From positions 11,175 through 75,174 of the forward strand of contig JAGWTC010000005.1 of assembly GCA_028869135.1 (NCBI GenBank): a stretch of DNA of 64,000 nt, read 5' to 3'. A program made the position numbers and the translations under genes. This document shows, one piece after another, positions 1 through 8,566 of the stretch. Origin of the DNA: Rhodocyclaceae bacterium. GTDB taxonomy: Bacteria; Pseudomonadota; Gammaproteobacteria; Burkholderiales; Rhodocyclaceae. Within the stretch, counting starts at the first letter, position 1; each line of letters starts with the position of its first letter. Under the pieces are notes generated by a model. It saw only the letters and a list, made by a program, of their open reading frames with translations, had not been told where the DNA came from and made no database searches.

Positions 1-1088
1 CCGCTCGGCCCGTAGTTGAACTTGATGGGTTCCAGATCGACACGGATGCCGTCGCTGATATTGATCGGCGACTGGCGGCGGCCTGAGGCGCAAGCCTTGT
101 TGTCCGGACTCAGGTGGGACCAGAACTCCGGCCCGCCCTTGCCTTCATAGGACCAGGGCACGGGCGCCCGTGGTGCGGCGGAGGGCGCTTCAACGGTTTG
201 CGCCGACTTGGGCGCGCGCGCCTTGCGCGGACCGAAGGTCGCCAGTTGGCGCTCTATTTCGGCGCGACTGACATTACCCGTGTGGTAGTTGGGGGAAAGC
301 GTGTCCGCTGCCGGCGCCGCCTTCCTGGTGGCTTCCGGCGTTTGCGGTGCCGCTTGGGGGGGCGCTGAGGCCGGCGCTTTCCCGGTCGCCTCTTCCAGCG
401 ACTTCTCGATCGCCTTGTCCAGCGCCGGCTTGGCGGGCTTCCTGATTTCGGGTTTGCCCTGCGGCGCCTTGGGGGGCGGTGGATTGTCGACCTTCGTCGG
501 ATCAATCCTGGGTAGCTCGATCAGGTGCGCCTTGCTGCCGGCATCGGCCACTGTGACGGGCTCTGCCTTTTGCCCATGCAGCGCGGTGGTCTTTGCGCCC
601 GCGCCGGGCGTCGTCGGGGGGGGCTTGCCCGCCATGACGGACTTGATCTGTTCGGCCACCTCCTGCATCTGGCTGACGGCGCGTGGCTTGCAAACCTCGG
701 GCAGCAGCTTTTCCTCGAAACTGCCTGCGCCGATTTCGATGGTGCGCGGCGCTTCAACCTTTTCCTCGCGCACCGGATTGCCCTTGGCATCGACATAGAT
801 GCGCTTCAGCGTCATGTATTCGCGCTTCTTGCAGTTGTAGCTGTTGAGGGCATCGATGGTGGTGTAGCGGACGCCGGTATGGCTGTCCGGCATATCGAAG
901 CCCAGCGTGAGGCGGCTCCAGGCGACGGTATTGCCGTTCGGCAGGCGGCTGATGCGGCCCTTGTCCAGCGAGATGCGTTCGCTTTCGCGTTTCTCGATGA
1001 GCTGCCAGGCCGGGCCGGGCTGAGGCACCGCCAGCGCCGGCAGGCCAGTTAATGCCATCAACAGGCAGGCTACAGTGGTTTTGCGCAT
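1..1088 (-). CDS. Secreted protein (3' end off window): signal peptide, unplaced N-terminal domain, Pro/Ala-rich linker, then the start of an alpha-carbonic anhydrase domain
   Basis: ATG at 1088..1086 (cat on + strand). Own translation: MRKTTVACLLMALTGLPALAVPQPGPAW... The frame (end coordinate mod 3 = 2) stays open to position 3. It is absent from the ORF track because it has no stop in the window. The last ~50 aa, WSYEGKGGPEFWSHLSPDNKACASGRRQSPINISDG..IKFNYGPS, match the conserved alpha-CA N-terminus (compare Neisseria CA, HWGY..W..L....C..G..QSPVNI, from memory). Confidence 0.7.
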   Translation of the reverse strand, partial: MRKTTVACLLMALTGLPALAVPQPGPAWQLIEKRESERISLDKGRISRLPNGNTVAWSRLTLGFDMPDSHTGVRYTTIDALNSYNCKKREYMTLKRIYVDAKGNPVREEKVEAPRTIEIGAGSFEEKLLPEVCKPRAVSQMQEVAEQIKSVMAGKPPPTTPGAGAKTTALHGQKAEPVTVADAGSKAHLIELPRIDPTKVDNPPPPKAPQGKPEIRKPAKPALDKAIEKSLEEATGKAPASAPPQAAPQTPEATRKAAPAADTLSPNYHTGNVSRAEIERQLATFGPRKARAPKSAQTVEAPSAAPRAPVPWSYEGKGGPEFWSHLSPDNKACASGRRQSPINISDGIRVDLEPIKFNYGPS

Positions 1089-1192
1089 GTCCTAGGGTCC
1101 GGTCGGCAGAGCACGTCAATGGCATAACGGCACCACCGGGCAGAACTTTAGGCCTTGCCGGACTCCGCATCGCGCCAGTTTTGCCCCTGCGC

Positions 1193-1672
1193 CTACGGGG
1201 ACGGCTGCGCTTCCCGGGCGGCGATCAGTTCCTTGAGCGCCTGTTCCGGCTTGAGTATCCGGTAGCGGCCCTGCATTTTTCGGTTGAGCTTGAGCAGGGC
1301 CTTGTCCGAACTGACCAGCCAATCGGCCGCGATGTCGCGCGCCAGTTCCAGGAACTTCTGATCGTCCTTGTCCTTGCAGCGCGGCAGGGGCGCAGGCTCG
1401 ACCGGCAACAGCGCGTGCGGCTGGCGGGCAATGGCCACATAGGCGGCAAGGGCTGCAGCCTGACGCTCGGGGTCGAGCTTGAACATGGCGTAATCGAGCA
1501 CGCGCCGGAACTCCTCGATGCAGTCCGGGCGCGTATAGGCCAGCCAGCGGCCGGTATCGACCTCGACGCGCAAGGGCGCAAAGCGGCTGTCGGCAAAGAC
1601 GAACATGGACAGCAGCACGTTGGTGTCGAAAACCACGCGCAGCGGATTCGGGGAGGCGCCGGTGTCGTTCAT
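1193..1672 (-). CDS. PIN-domain protein (toxin-like, PIN_3 type)
   Basis: C-terminal 159 aa of track ORF 1193..1849. MNDTGASPNPLRVVFDTNVLLS is the typical PIN N-terminus with an acidic Asp. ATG at 1672..1670 overlaps the upstream stop (ATGA). Confidence 0.75.
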   Translation of the reverse strand: MNDTGASPNPLRVVFDTNVLLSMFVFADSRFAPLRVEVDTGRWLAYTRPDCIEEFRRVLDYAMFKLDPERQAAALAAYVAIARQPHALLPVEPAPLPRCKDKDDQKFLELARDIAADWLVSSDKALLKLNRKMQGRYRILKPEQALKELIAAREAQPSP

Positions 1673-2685
1673 GCCTGATAGTGCCAAATGCCGCATTCCT
1701 CCTGGCGCCGCAGTTCGCCGCGCCGTTCCAGGTAGTTGAGATGGGCGATGGCTTCGCTCATGGCAAAGAAAACCTGGTGCGGGTCGGTGATGTCGCGCTG
1801 AAACAGGACCGGCAGCAACGAGGCGGCCGTATGCGCCTGGGTGCGGCAAGCGGCGACCAGATCGGCACAGCGGTCGGCGTGGTGCTTTTCAAGCGCGGCG
1901 ACGCGGGCGCGAATGCCGCGGAAGGGCCTGCCGTGCGAGGGCAGGGCCAGCGTATCCTCGGGCAGTTCGGCGAAGACGCGGATCGAGGCGAGGAACTCGC
2001 TGAGCGAGTCTTCATCGGGGTTGGGCGCAAACACCGCGACATTGGTCGAGATCGACGGCAGCATCATGTCGCCGCCGATCAGTACCTCCAGCGCTTTGCA
2101 ATACAGCGCGGCGTGTTCGGGGCAGTGGCCGCGGCCGACGATGACGCGCCATTCGTGCGCGCCGATGCGGACGCGTTCGGCGTCGCGCAGAATGGTGTAG
2201 GTCGCGGGGATCTGCGGCACGGCGCGCTTGTAGGCGTTGGCGCGTACCGCGAGCGCCTGCAGGCGCTCCGCGTCGAGGCCATGGCGACGAAAGAGATCGC
2301 CCGTCGCCTGCGGCGAATAGTTGCCGATCTCGTTGGCGAATGCCTGTGCGGTCAGATATTCGGCCTGGGTCATCGCCAGCGGCGCGCCGGTCTCGCTCTG
2401 CAGCCACGCGGCGAGGCCGAGATGGTCGGGGTGATAGTGGGTGACGATCTGGCGGGACAGCGGATAGTCGGCGATCAGGCGCTGCCAGTGAAGCTTGACA
2501 TCGCCCATGTCCATGCCGGTATCGACGGCGCACCATCTGCCGGGGCCGTCTTCGAGCAGCCACAGATTGATGTGGTTCAGCGCGTAGGGCAGCGGCATGC
2601 GGATCCAGCGTACCCCGGGCGCGATCTCCATGGCGGCGCCGGGTTCCGGCAGGATGTCGCCGCGGGGGTAGTCGATTTCTTGCAT
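1669..2685 (-). CDS. MBL-fold metallo-hydrolase
   Basis: 338 aa. Contains the THYHPDH metal-binding motif and later His/Asp residues. Confidence 0.85.
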   Translation of the reverse strand: MQEIDYPRGDILPEPGAAMEIAPGVRWIRMPLPYALNHINLWLLEDGPGRWCAVDTGMDMGDVKLHWQRLIADYPLSRQIVTHYHPDHLGLAAWLQSETGAPLAMTQAEYLTAQAFANEIGNYSPQATGDLFRRHGLDAERLQALAVRANAYKRAVPQIPATYTILRDAERVRIGAHEWRVIVGRGHCPEHAALYCKALEVLIGGDMMLPSISTNVAVFAPNPDEDSLSEFLASIRVFAELPEDTLALPSHGRPFRGIRARVAALEKHHADRCADLVAACRTQAHTAASLLPVLFQRDITDPHQVFFAMSEAIAHLNYLERRGELRRQEECGIWHYQA

Positions 2686-2693
2686 GCAGAGCG

Positions 2694-3305
2694 TCAGCCC
2701 TTGGCGATCCGGTAGACACCCAGACTGCCGAGGAAATTGTGCTCTTCCAGTACCGGCTTGCCGCTGTCGTCAAGGACTTCGCGCGTCCTGACGACAATGC
2801 CCATCTGTTCGCACAGCGCTTCGAAATCGGCCAGCGTGAAGAAGCGCACATTGGGCGTGTCGTACCACTGGTAGGGCAGGTCTTCGGATACGGGCATGCG
2901 GCCGTTGAGCACGGCCTGGCGGTTCTTCCAGTAGCCGAAATTGGGCACGCTGACCACCGCTTCGCGGCCGACGCGCAGCATTTCCCGCAAGGTGTTCTCG
3001 GTGTGCCTGACCGTCTGCAGCGTGCGCGACAGGACGACGTGTTCAAAGGCGTTGTCCTTGAATTCGGCGAGGCCGTGGTCGATATCGGTCTGCACGACAT
3101 TGATGCCGTTGCGAATGGAGGCGAGCACGCCCTGAGCGTCGATTTCGACGCCGTAGCCGCGTGCACCGCGTTCTTCGATCAGCAGCTTCAACAGGGAGCC
3201 GTCGCCGCAGCCCAGATCGAGTACGCGCTCACCTGGCTGAACCCAGCTCGCGATGATGTTCCAGTCGGAACGGTTTGCCAGAGTTTTTGCGGCGGCCGGG
3301 TTCAT
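2694..3305 (-). CDS. metW: Methionine biosynthesis protein MetW
   Basis: Last 203 aa of track ORF 2694..4205. Has a methyltransferase-like LDLGCGDG motif. ATG at 3305 overlaps the metX stop (ATGA). Canonical metX-metW pair. Confidence 0.9.
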   Translation of the reverse strand: MNPAAAKTLANRSDWNIIASWVQPGERVLDLGCGDGSLLKLLIEERGARGYGVEIDAQGVLASIRNGINVVQTDIDHGLAEFKDNAFEHVVLSRTLQTVRHTENTLREMLRVGREAVVSVPNFGYWKNRQAVLNGRMPVSEDLPYQWYDTPNVRFFTLADFEALCEQMGIVVRTREVLDDSGKPVLEEHNFLGSLGVYRIAKG

Positions 3306-4447
3306 GCCTGCACCTTCTTGAGATGAGCGTCGATGATCGAATGATAGTAGGGGTCGTCGAGCAGGAAGGAGTCGTGACCGAAGGCGAGATCGATCTCGGC
3401 ATAGGAGACGTTCTTTTCGGCCGCCAGCAGCGAGGACACGATCTCGCGCGAGCGCTCCGGCGAGAAGCGCCAGTCGGTGGTGAAGGACACGATCAGGAAG
3501 TCCGACTTGGCGCGTTTCATGACGGCGGTCAGATCGCCGTTCTCCTCGCGCGCCGGGTCGAAGTAGTCGAGCGCGCGCGTCATCAGAAGGTAGGTGTTGG
3601 CGTCGAAGTGGCCGGCGAACTTGTCGCCCTGATAGTGCAGGTAGGACTCGATCTGGAAGTCGACGTCGAAGCCGAAGGACAGGTTGCCGTTGCGCAAGCC
3701 GCGGCCGAATTTCTCGCCCATCTGGTCGTCCGACAGATAGGTGATGTGGCCGAGCATGCGCGCCAGACGCAGGCCGCGCACCGGGCGTGCGCCATGTTCG
3801 TAGTAATTGCCGCCGTAGAACTCGGGGTCGGTGAGAATGGCCTGACGGGCGACGTCGTTGAAGGCGATGTTCTGCGCGGTCAGGTAGGGCGCTGCGGCGA
3901 TGACGATTGTGCTCCTGACACGCTCCGGATAGGTCACGCTCCAGCGCAGCGCCTGCATGCCGCCCAGGCTGCCGCCGATGACAGCGGCCCAGCACTGGAT
4001 GCCGAGCAGATCGGCGAGCCGCGCCTGACTGTGTACCCAGTCGATGACCGTGACCATGGGGAAGTCCGCGCCCCAGGGCTTGCCGGTGGCCGGGTTGATG
4101 CTGGCGGGGCCGGTGGAGCCGTGGCAGCCGCCGAGATTGTTCACGCCGACGATGAAATAGCGGTTGGTATCGAGCGGTCGGCCGGGGCCGACGATGTTGT
4201 CCCACCAGCCGATGTTCTTGGGCTCATCCGCATAGTGACCGGCAATGTGGTGGTGCCCGGAGAGCGCATGGCACACGAGAATGGCATTCGTGCCATCGGC
4301 GTTGAGCGTGCCGTAGGTCTCGTAGACCAGATCGTAGGCCGGCATCACTTCGCCGCTGCGCAAGGTGAGCGGCGTATCGAAGTGCGCGCGTTTGGCCTCG
4401 ACGAGGCCGACGCCGGAGGTGTCGCCTGTGATGTTTGTGGTCGTCAT
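3302..4447 (-). CDS. metX: Homoserine O-acyltransferase MetX (acetyl or succinyl specificity not resolved)
   Basis: 381 aa alpha/beta hydrolase. Motifs [13 protein letters not shown] and [10 protein letters not shown] (nucleophile elbow). Followed by metW. Confidence 0.93.
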   Translation of the reverse strand: MTTTNITGDTSGVGLVEAKRAHFDTPLTLRSGEVMPAYDLVYETYGTLNADGTNAILVCHALSGHHHIAGHYADEPKNIGWWDNIVGPGRPLDTNRYFIVGVNNLGGCHGSTGPASINPATGKPWGADFPMVTVIDWVHSQARLADLLGIQCWAAVIGGSLGGMQALRWSVTYPERVRSTIVIAAAPYLTAQNIAFNDVARQAILTDPEFYGGNYYEHGARPVRGLRLARMLGHITYLSDDQMGEKFGRGLRNGNLSFGFDVDFQIESYLHYQGDKFAGHFDANTYLLMTRALDYFDPAREENGDLTAVMKRAKSDFLIVSFTTDWRFSPERSREIVSSLLAAEKNVSYAEIDLAFGHDSFLLDDPYYHSIIDAHLKKVQA

Positions 4448-4452
4448 GTCAG

Positions 4453-4490
4453 AAAATAAAAAACCCGATCGGCTGTCAGGCGAGATCGGG
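4453..4490 (-). terminator. Rho-independent terminator-like hairpin between the M48 peptidase gene and metX
   Basis: Minus strand reads CCCGATC-N13-GATCGGG followed by TTTTTTATTTT. The U-run ends 5 nt before the metX ATG. Confidence 0.6.
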
Positions 4491-4589
4491 TTTGCGTCCA
4501 GTTCTCGCTTTAGCCCTATTTATTTTGCGCCGGCAAGCTGAGCTCAAAGGGGCGCGCAGGTGGAAGATTAAGTCGCGGCGCCGGCTTTG

Positions 4590-5621
4590 TCAATCCGCGA
4601 GGGCCCTGAGCGCAGCGCTGCGGCGGGCGACCGAGGGATGGGACGAGAACCAGTGCTCGAACCCGCCGGATTCCTCCTTGTCCTTCGTTGCGCTTTTTTT
4701 CCCGGCCGTGGCCTGCAGTTTTTCCAGCGCGCTGACGAGCAGCAGGGGCGACTTGCCTTCCCGCTTCAGCGCCTGGGCGGCATACAGGTCGGCCTCGCTT
4801 TCGAATGCCTGCGAGTAGTTCGACTGCAGCATGGCGGTGGAAAGCGCGGCAACCAGGCTGGACAGATCGCCCAAATAGACAGCGGCCACGGTCGAAACGA
4901 CAGCGCCCTGAATCAGCATGCGCAGGCCGTGGTACTGCGAGACGTGGCCGAGCTCGTGGGCGAACACAGCCAGCGCCTCGTCGTCGTTCAGCGTTTCCAG
5001 CAGCGAATCGAAGATGACGATATTCCCGTCCGGCAAGGCAAAGGCGTTGGGCGGCATGGCCTTGGGCGCGGCGCGGAAGTTCAGCTTGTAGGCCGGAAAA
5101 TGCTGTGTGGCGGCAAAGGCCGCCATGCGCTGGCCGATCTCCGCCTGTCTTTGCGCCGGCAGGGCAGACGGTTTCAGCACATGTTCGTCAAGGCTGGCCA
5201 GCGATGCGGCGGAAAGGCTGGCGACAGTGGCACCGGGAATGCGCGGCGCAATATAGTCGGCGGCGGCCGGCAAGAGCCAGACATAGCCGGCGACAACGGC
5301 GGCGGCGATGCCGAGCAGGGAGAACAGGGCGACGCTCCAGCGTCGCTGCAGGCGGACGGAAAGCGGTTCGCGATGCCCGACAGCGGCGAGCAGGGCGGCA
5401 AGACTGCGGGTGTCGCCAACCTCGCAGTAGGCGCCGTCGGCAAAACGCAGCGTGCGCGGCGCCATCCCCATGGGCTCGGAAACCTGCATCTCTTCGAGGG
5501 AGGCTTCGCGCTGCCCCCATTCACCGGCAACGCGGAGTTGGCCGTCTTCGTCCAGCGTCAGGGCGGCCGCGTACCGCCGGGAGCTTTTGCCGTCGTAGTA
5601 ATGAATCCCCTGAATCTGCAT
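4590..5621 (-). CDS. M48-family zinc metallopeptidase with an N-terminal extra domain and TM helices
   Basis: HELGH (HEXXH) motif plus a downstream ESEAD. Start trimmed to MQIQGIHYYDG (ATG at 5621). Lies 8 nt downstream of the DUF898 gene stop. Confidence 0.85.
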   Translation of the reverse strand: MQIQGIHYYDGKSSRRYAAALTLDEDGQLRVAGEWGQREASLEEMQVSEPMGMAPRTLRFADGAYCEVGDTRSLAALLAAVGHREPLSVRLQRRWSVALFSLLGIAAAVVAGYVWLLPAAADYIAPRIPGATVASLSAASLASLDEHVLKPSALPAQRQAEIGQRMAAFAATQHFPAYKLNFRAAPKAMPPNAFALPDGNIVIFDSLLETLNDDEALAVFAHELGHVSQYHGLRMLIQGAVVSTVAAVYLGDLSSLVAALSTAMLQSNYSQAFESEADLYAAQALKREGKSPLLLVSALEKLQATAGKKSATKDKEESGGFEHWFSSHPSVARRSAALRALAD

Positions 5622-5629
5622 GCGAAGAC

Positions 5630-6970
5630 TCAGATCGCGATATCGAAATCGAACACATCGGTGGCGGCATCGCCGAAAGCGCCGACCTGCTGCGATGCGC
5701 TTGCCAGGAAGCTGTCGAGGCTGCCCGCCATTGCGAGTCCGGTGCACGAAGCGCGATAGCGGGTCAGTTTTACCTTGGCCCAGGGCCAGTACAGACCCAG
5801 CGTCAGCAAGGTGAATAGCCAGTTCTTCAGCGTGATGCCGAAATAGGGTTTGAATTGCATGTTGCTGAAGAAGTCATTGTCGTCGAGCGAGGTGCGGCTC
5901 CAGATGTAGTTGTTGAGCGCCATGCGCAGGTAGGGCAGGAGCGCGATGTAGATGAGAACAGAGGCGAAGGCGGAGGCCGTGCTCGCGATGACGGCCAGCA
6001 TGGGCAAAGCCACTGCCAGCAGCGTCGAGCCGATAATTGCAATGACGACGGCGGCAATCGCGAACAGCCAGGCCTTGAACATGAAGACGAATATCTCGGC
6101 AGCCAGCAGTTCGCAATGGAACTCGCCATGTCCGTAGCGCAGGTTGTTGATGATGTATTTGTGCGTTTCCCGCAGCCAGACCGGCGTGCCGAGGCCAAAG
6201 GTGAATAGCACGAGCAGGCCGTAGCCGACATAGGCCTTGAGTGCGCCGCCGTAGGTGCCGACGAAGGTAAAGCGCAGGCCGCGATAGCTGCTGTTGTAGG
6301 CGCGGAAACGCATGGAGCGCATGATCAGCCAGGGGAAAACGAAGGCCCCCGCCGCCAGCGCGCAGAAGTACAGCGTCAAGCTGACATGCTGCGAGCCGCT
6401 GACTGCGGCGAACAGCAGCAAGGCGACGATGCGCCCCTTGAGGATGGCGACCGGGTTGCCGTGGTAGTCGAAACCGGCGCCGTCGAGCATCAGGTTGCGA
6501 TGGAAATACTGCTCGCGCCGGACTTTGGCCCAGGCCGAATAAATACCGAGGGTAATGACGGACAGCAGCAGATTGACGATCCAGATGCGGAAATACTCGC
6601 TGCCTTCGCCGCGGAAGGAAAACGGCAACTCTGTCGGAGTTGCCGCCGCATCGCCGGTCTGCGCCGTCGGCATGGGCGGTGCAGCGGGCGGTGCAGCGGG
6701 CGGTGCAGCGGGCGGGGCGGCCGGAGGCGCGGCAGTCGTCGCGGGCGCGGTTTCGTGCGGTGCCTGGTCGTAGGCGGCGCGCTGGGCCGGATCGCGCAGC
6801 ACCGCAAAGGCGGCGTCGAGGCGCTCAAATTCCTCCTGCGGCGGCTGCTTGCCGGCGGCGATTTTTTCACCGAGATAGCTGACGAGGCGCGTGTAGGCCT
6901 CCTCGATTTCCGCTTGCGTTGCTTCCGGCGCGATGCGCAAGAGCGCGTAGTACGGACGCACGTTCTCCAT
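5630..6970 (-). CDS. DUF898 (YjgN-like) multi-pass membrane protein with a J-domain-like N-terminus and a (PAAP)n linker
   Basis: 446 aa. The N-terminus YYALLRIAPEATQAEIEEAYTRLVSYLGEK...AVLRDPAQRAAYD is J-domain-like but lacks HPD. Then APPAAPPAAPPAAPPAAPP, then YFRIWIVNLLLSVITLGIYSAWAKVR (DUF898 signature, from memory). Confidence 0.8.
   Translation of the reverse strand: MENVRPYYALLRIAPEATQAEIEEAYTRLVSYLGEKIAAGKQPPQEEFERLDAAFAVLRDPAQRAAYDQAPHETAPATTAAPPAAPPAAPPAAPPAAPPMPTAQTGDAAATPTELPFSFRGEGSEYFRIWIVNLLLSVITLGIYSAWAKVRREQYFHRNLMLDGAGFDYHGNPVAILKGRIVALLLFAAVSGSQHVSLTLYFCALAAGAFVFPWLIMRSMRFRAYNSSYRGLRFTFVGTYGGALKAYVGYGLLVLFTFGLGTPVWLRETHKYIINNLRYGHGEFHCELLAAEIFVFMFKAWLFAIAAVVIAIIGSTLLAVALPMLAVIASTASAFASVLIYIALLPYLRMALNNYIWSRTSLDDNDFFSNMQFKPYFGITLKNWLFTLLTLGLYWPWAKVKLTRYRASCTGLAMAGSLDSFLASASQQVGAFGDAATDVFDFDIAI
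6674..6721. repeat. Tandem 12-nt repeat (gggcggtgcagc x3 plus one variant) encoding the PAAP repeats
   Basis: Three exact copies at 6674-6685, 6686-6697 and 6698-6709. A variant copy follows at 6710-6721. Confidence 0.9.
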
Positions 6971-7123
6971 GGCCCCCCCGAGTTTCTGGATTTATTAATG
7001 CCGAAAATATAACCCGATAGCGTTGCTGGTTTGTGATTTTTCCGAATGTGCGGTACGGCCTGTGGCGAGTATGTGACAGGCAGGGCAAGCCGCTGCGGCG
7101 CGTGTTCTGCGCGACATGGCATC

Positions 7124-8566
7124 ATGCGCCTTATGCAAAACGACTCCGCCCTGGTCTGGTTTCGCCGCGATCTGCGCCTGTTCGACAACACCGCGCTACG
7201 CCAGGCGCTGGAAGGGTATGGGCGGGTTTATTGCGTCTTCGTCTTCGATACGACGCTATTAGCGCAATTGCCGCGTCGCGATCGCCGCATCGAATTCATC
7301 CGGCACGCCCTGAACGAGCTCGATCGCACGATGCGTGAGCAGGGCGGCGCGTTGATTGTCCTGCATGGCGATCCGGTTTCGGAGATTCCGAAACTGGCGC
7401 GCAAGCTCGGAGTGGCCGCCGTGCATGCCAATCGCGACTACGAGCCGGCGGCTGTTCAGCGCGATGCGCGGGTGGCCGAGGCGCTGGCGGGCATGGACGT
7501 CGGCTTCCGCGACTTCAAGGATCAGGTGATCTTCGAGAAGAGCGAAGTCATGACGCAGGGCGGCACGCCGTTTTCGGTGTTCACGCCGTACAAGAATGCC
7601 TGGCTCAAGCGCCTGCTGCCCGGTGACCTGCAAGTGCATGAAGCCGATTTCGGGCGGCTGGCGCGGCCTGACTTCCCGACGGCTGTGCCCGAGTTGGCCG
7701 CTTTGGGTTTCGAGCCAACCAATCTGGCCGAGCTCAAGTTTCCGCTCGGCGCCAGCGGCGCGGCCTCACTGTTCGATGACTTTCAGGATCGCATCGACAG
7801 CTACAAGGAGGCGCGCGATTTTCCGGCGGTCAAGGGCGTGTCCTATCTCTCTGTGCATCTGCGCTTCGGGACGCTCTCGATCCGTCAGCTTGCCGCCTTT
7901 GCCTACGCCCGCGGCGGCCGTGGCGCCGAGACCTGGCTGTCGGAGCTGATCTGGCGCGAGTTCTACATGATGATCCTGTGGCATCACCCCCGCGTTGTCG
8001 AACATTGCTTCAAGCCGGAATACGATGCGCTGTGCTGGGACGAGGATGAGGCTTTGTTCGCGGCATGGTGCGAGGGCCGCACCGGCTACCCCATCGTCGA
8101 TGCCGCGATGCGTCAGATCAAGCAGAGCGGCTACATGCACAACCGCCTGCGCATGATCGTCGCCTCCTTCCTGACCAAGGATCTCGGCATCTCGTGGCGC
8201 CGCGGTGAGGCCTATTTCGCCGAGCATCTCAACGATTTCGAGCTGGCCTCGAACAACGGCGGCTGGCAATGGGCCGCCTCGACCGGTTGTGACGCGCAGC
8301 CGTACTTCCGCATCTTCAATCCGGTCACGCAGTCGGAGAAGTTCGATCCTCAAGGCAAGTTCCTGCGCCGCTACTTGCCCGAGCTGAATAAAGTGCCAGA
8401 CAAGTTCATACATGCGCCGTGGACGATGAAGCCGTCCGATGCCGAGGCCTGTGGCTTTGTCTTGGGGCACGATTATCCGGCGCCAGTCGTAAATCATGCT
8501 CAGGCCCGCGAGCGCACGCTGGCACGTTTTGCCGCCGTTAAACAGGGAGCAAGCGATCATGTCTAA
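7124..8566 (+). CDS. phrB: Deoxyribodipyrimidine photolyase (class I CPD type)
   Basis: ALVWFRRDLRLFDN N-terminus. TGYPIVDAAMRQ..GYMHNRLRMIVASFL and WQW..S FAD-domain motifs. Start trimmed to the ATG at 7124. Confidence 0.9.
   Translation: MRLMQNDSALVWFRRDLRLFDNTALRQALEGYGRVYCVFVFDTTLLAQLPRRDRRIEFIRHALNELDRTMREQGGALIVLHGDPVSEIPKLARKLGVAAVHANRDYEPAAVQRDARVAEALAGMDVGFRDFKDQVIFEKSEVMTQGGTPFSVFTPYKNAWLKRLLPGDLQVHEADFGRLARPDFPTAVPELAALGFEPTNLAELKFPLGASGAASLFDDFQDRIDSYKEARDFPAVKGVSYLSVHLRFGTLSIRQLAAFAYARGGRGAETWLSELIWREFYMMILWHHPRVVEHCFKPEYDALCWDEDEALFAAWCEGRTGYPIVDAAMRQIKQSGYMHNRLRMIVASFLTKDLGISWRRGEAYFAEHLNDFELASNNGGWQWAASTGCDAQPYFRIFNPVTQSEKFDPQGKFLRRYLPELNKVPDKFIHAPWTMKPSDAEACGFVLGHDYPAPVVNHAQARERTLARFAAVKQGASDHV

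Noticed and set aside
2694-4205. 503-aa track ORF suggesting a large protein
   Set aside because: Only the last 203 aa (MetW) are real. The upstream part is an out-of-frame read-through of metX with Arg/Pro-rich nonsense.
6640-6730. Short regular repeats that might hint at a CRISPR or minisatellite
   Set aside because: The units are 12 nt, contiguous with no spacers, in-frame, and lie inside a coding region. This is a codon-repeat linker, not CRISPR.
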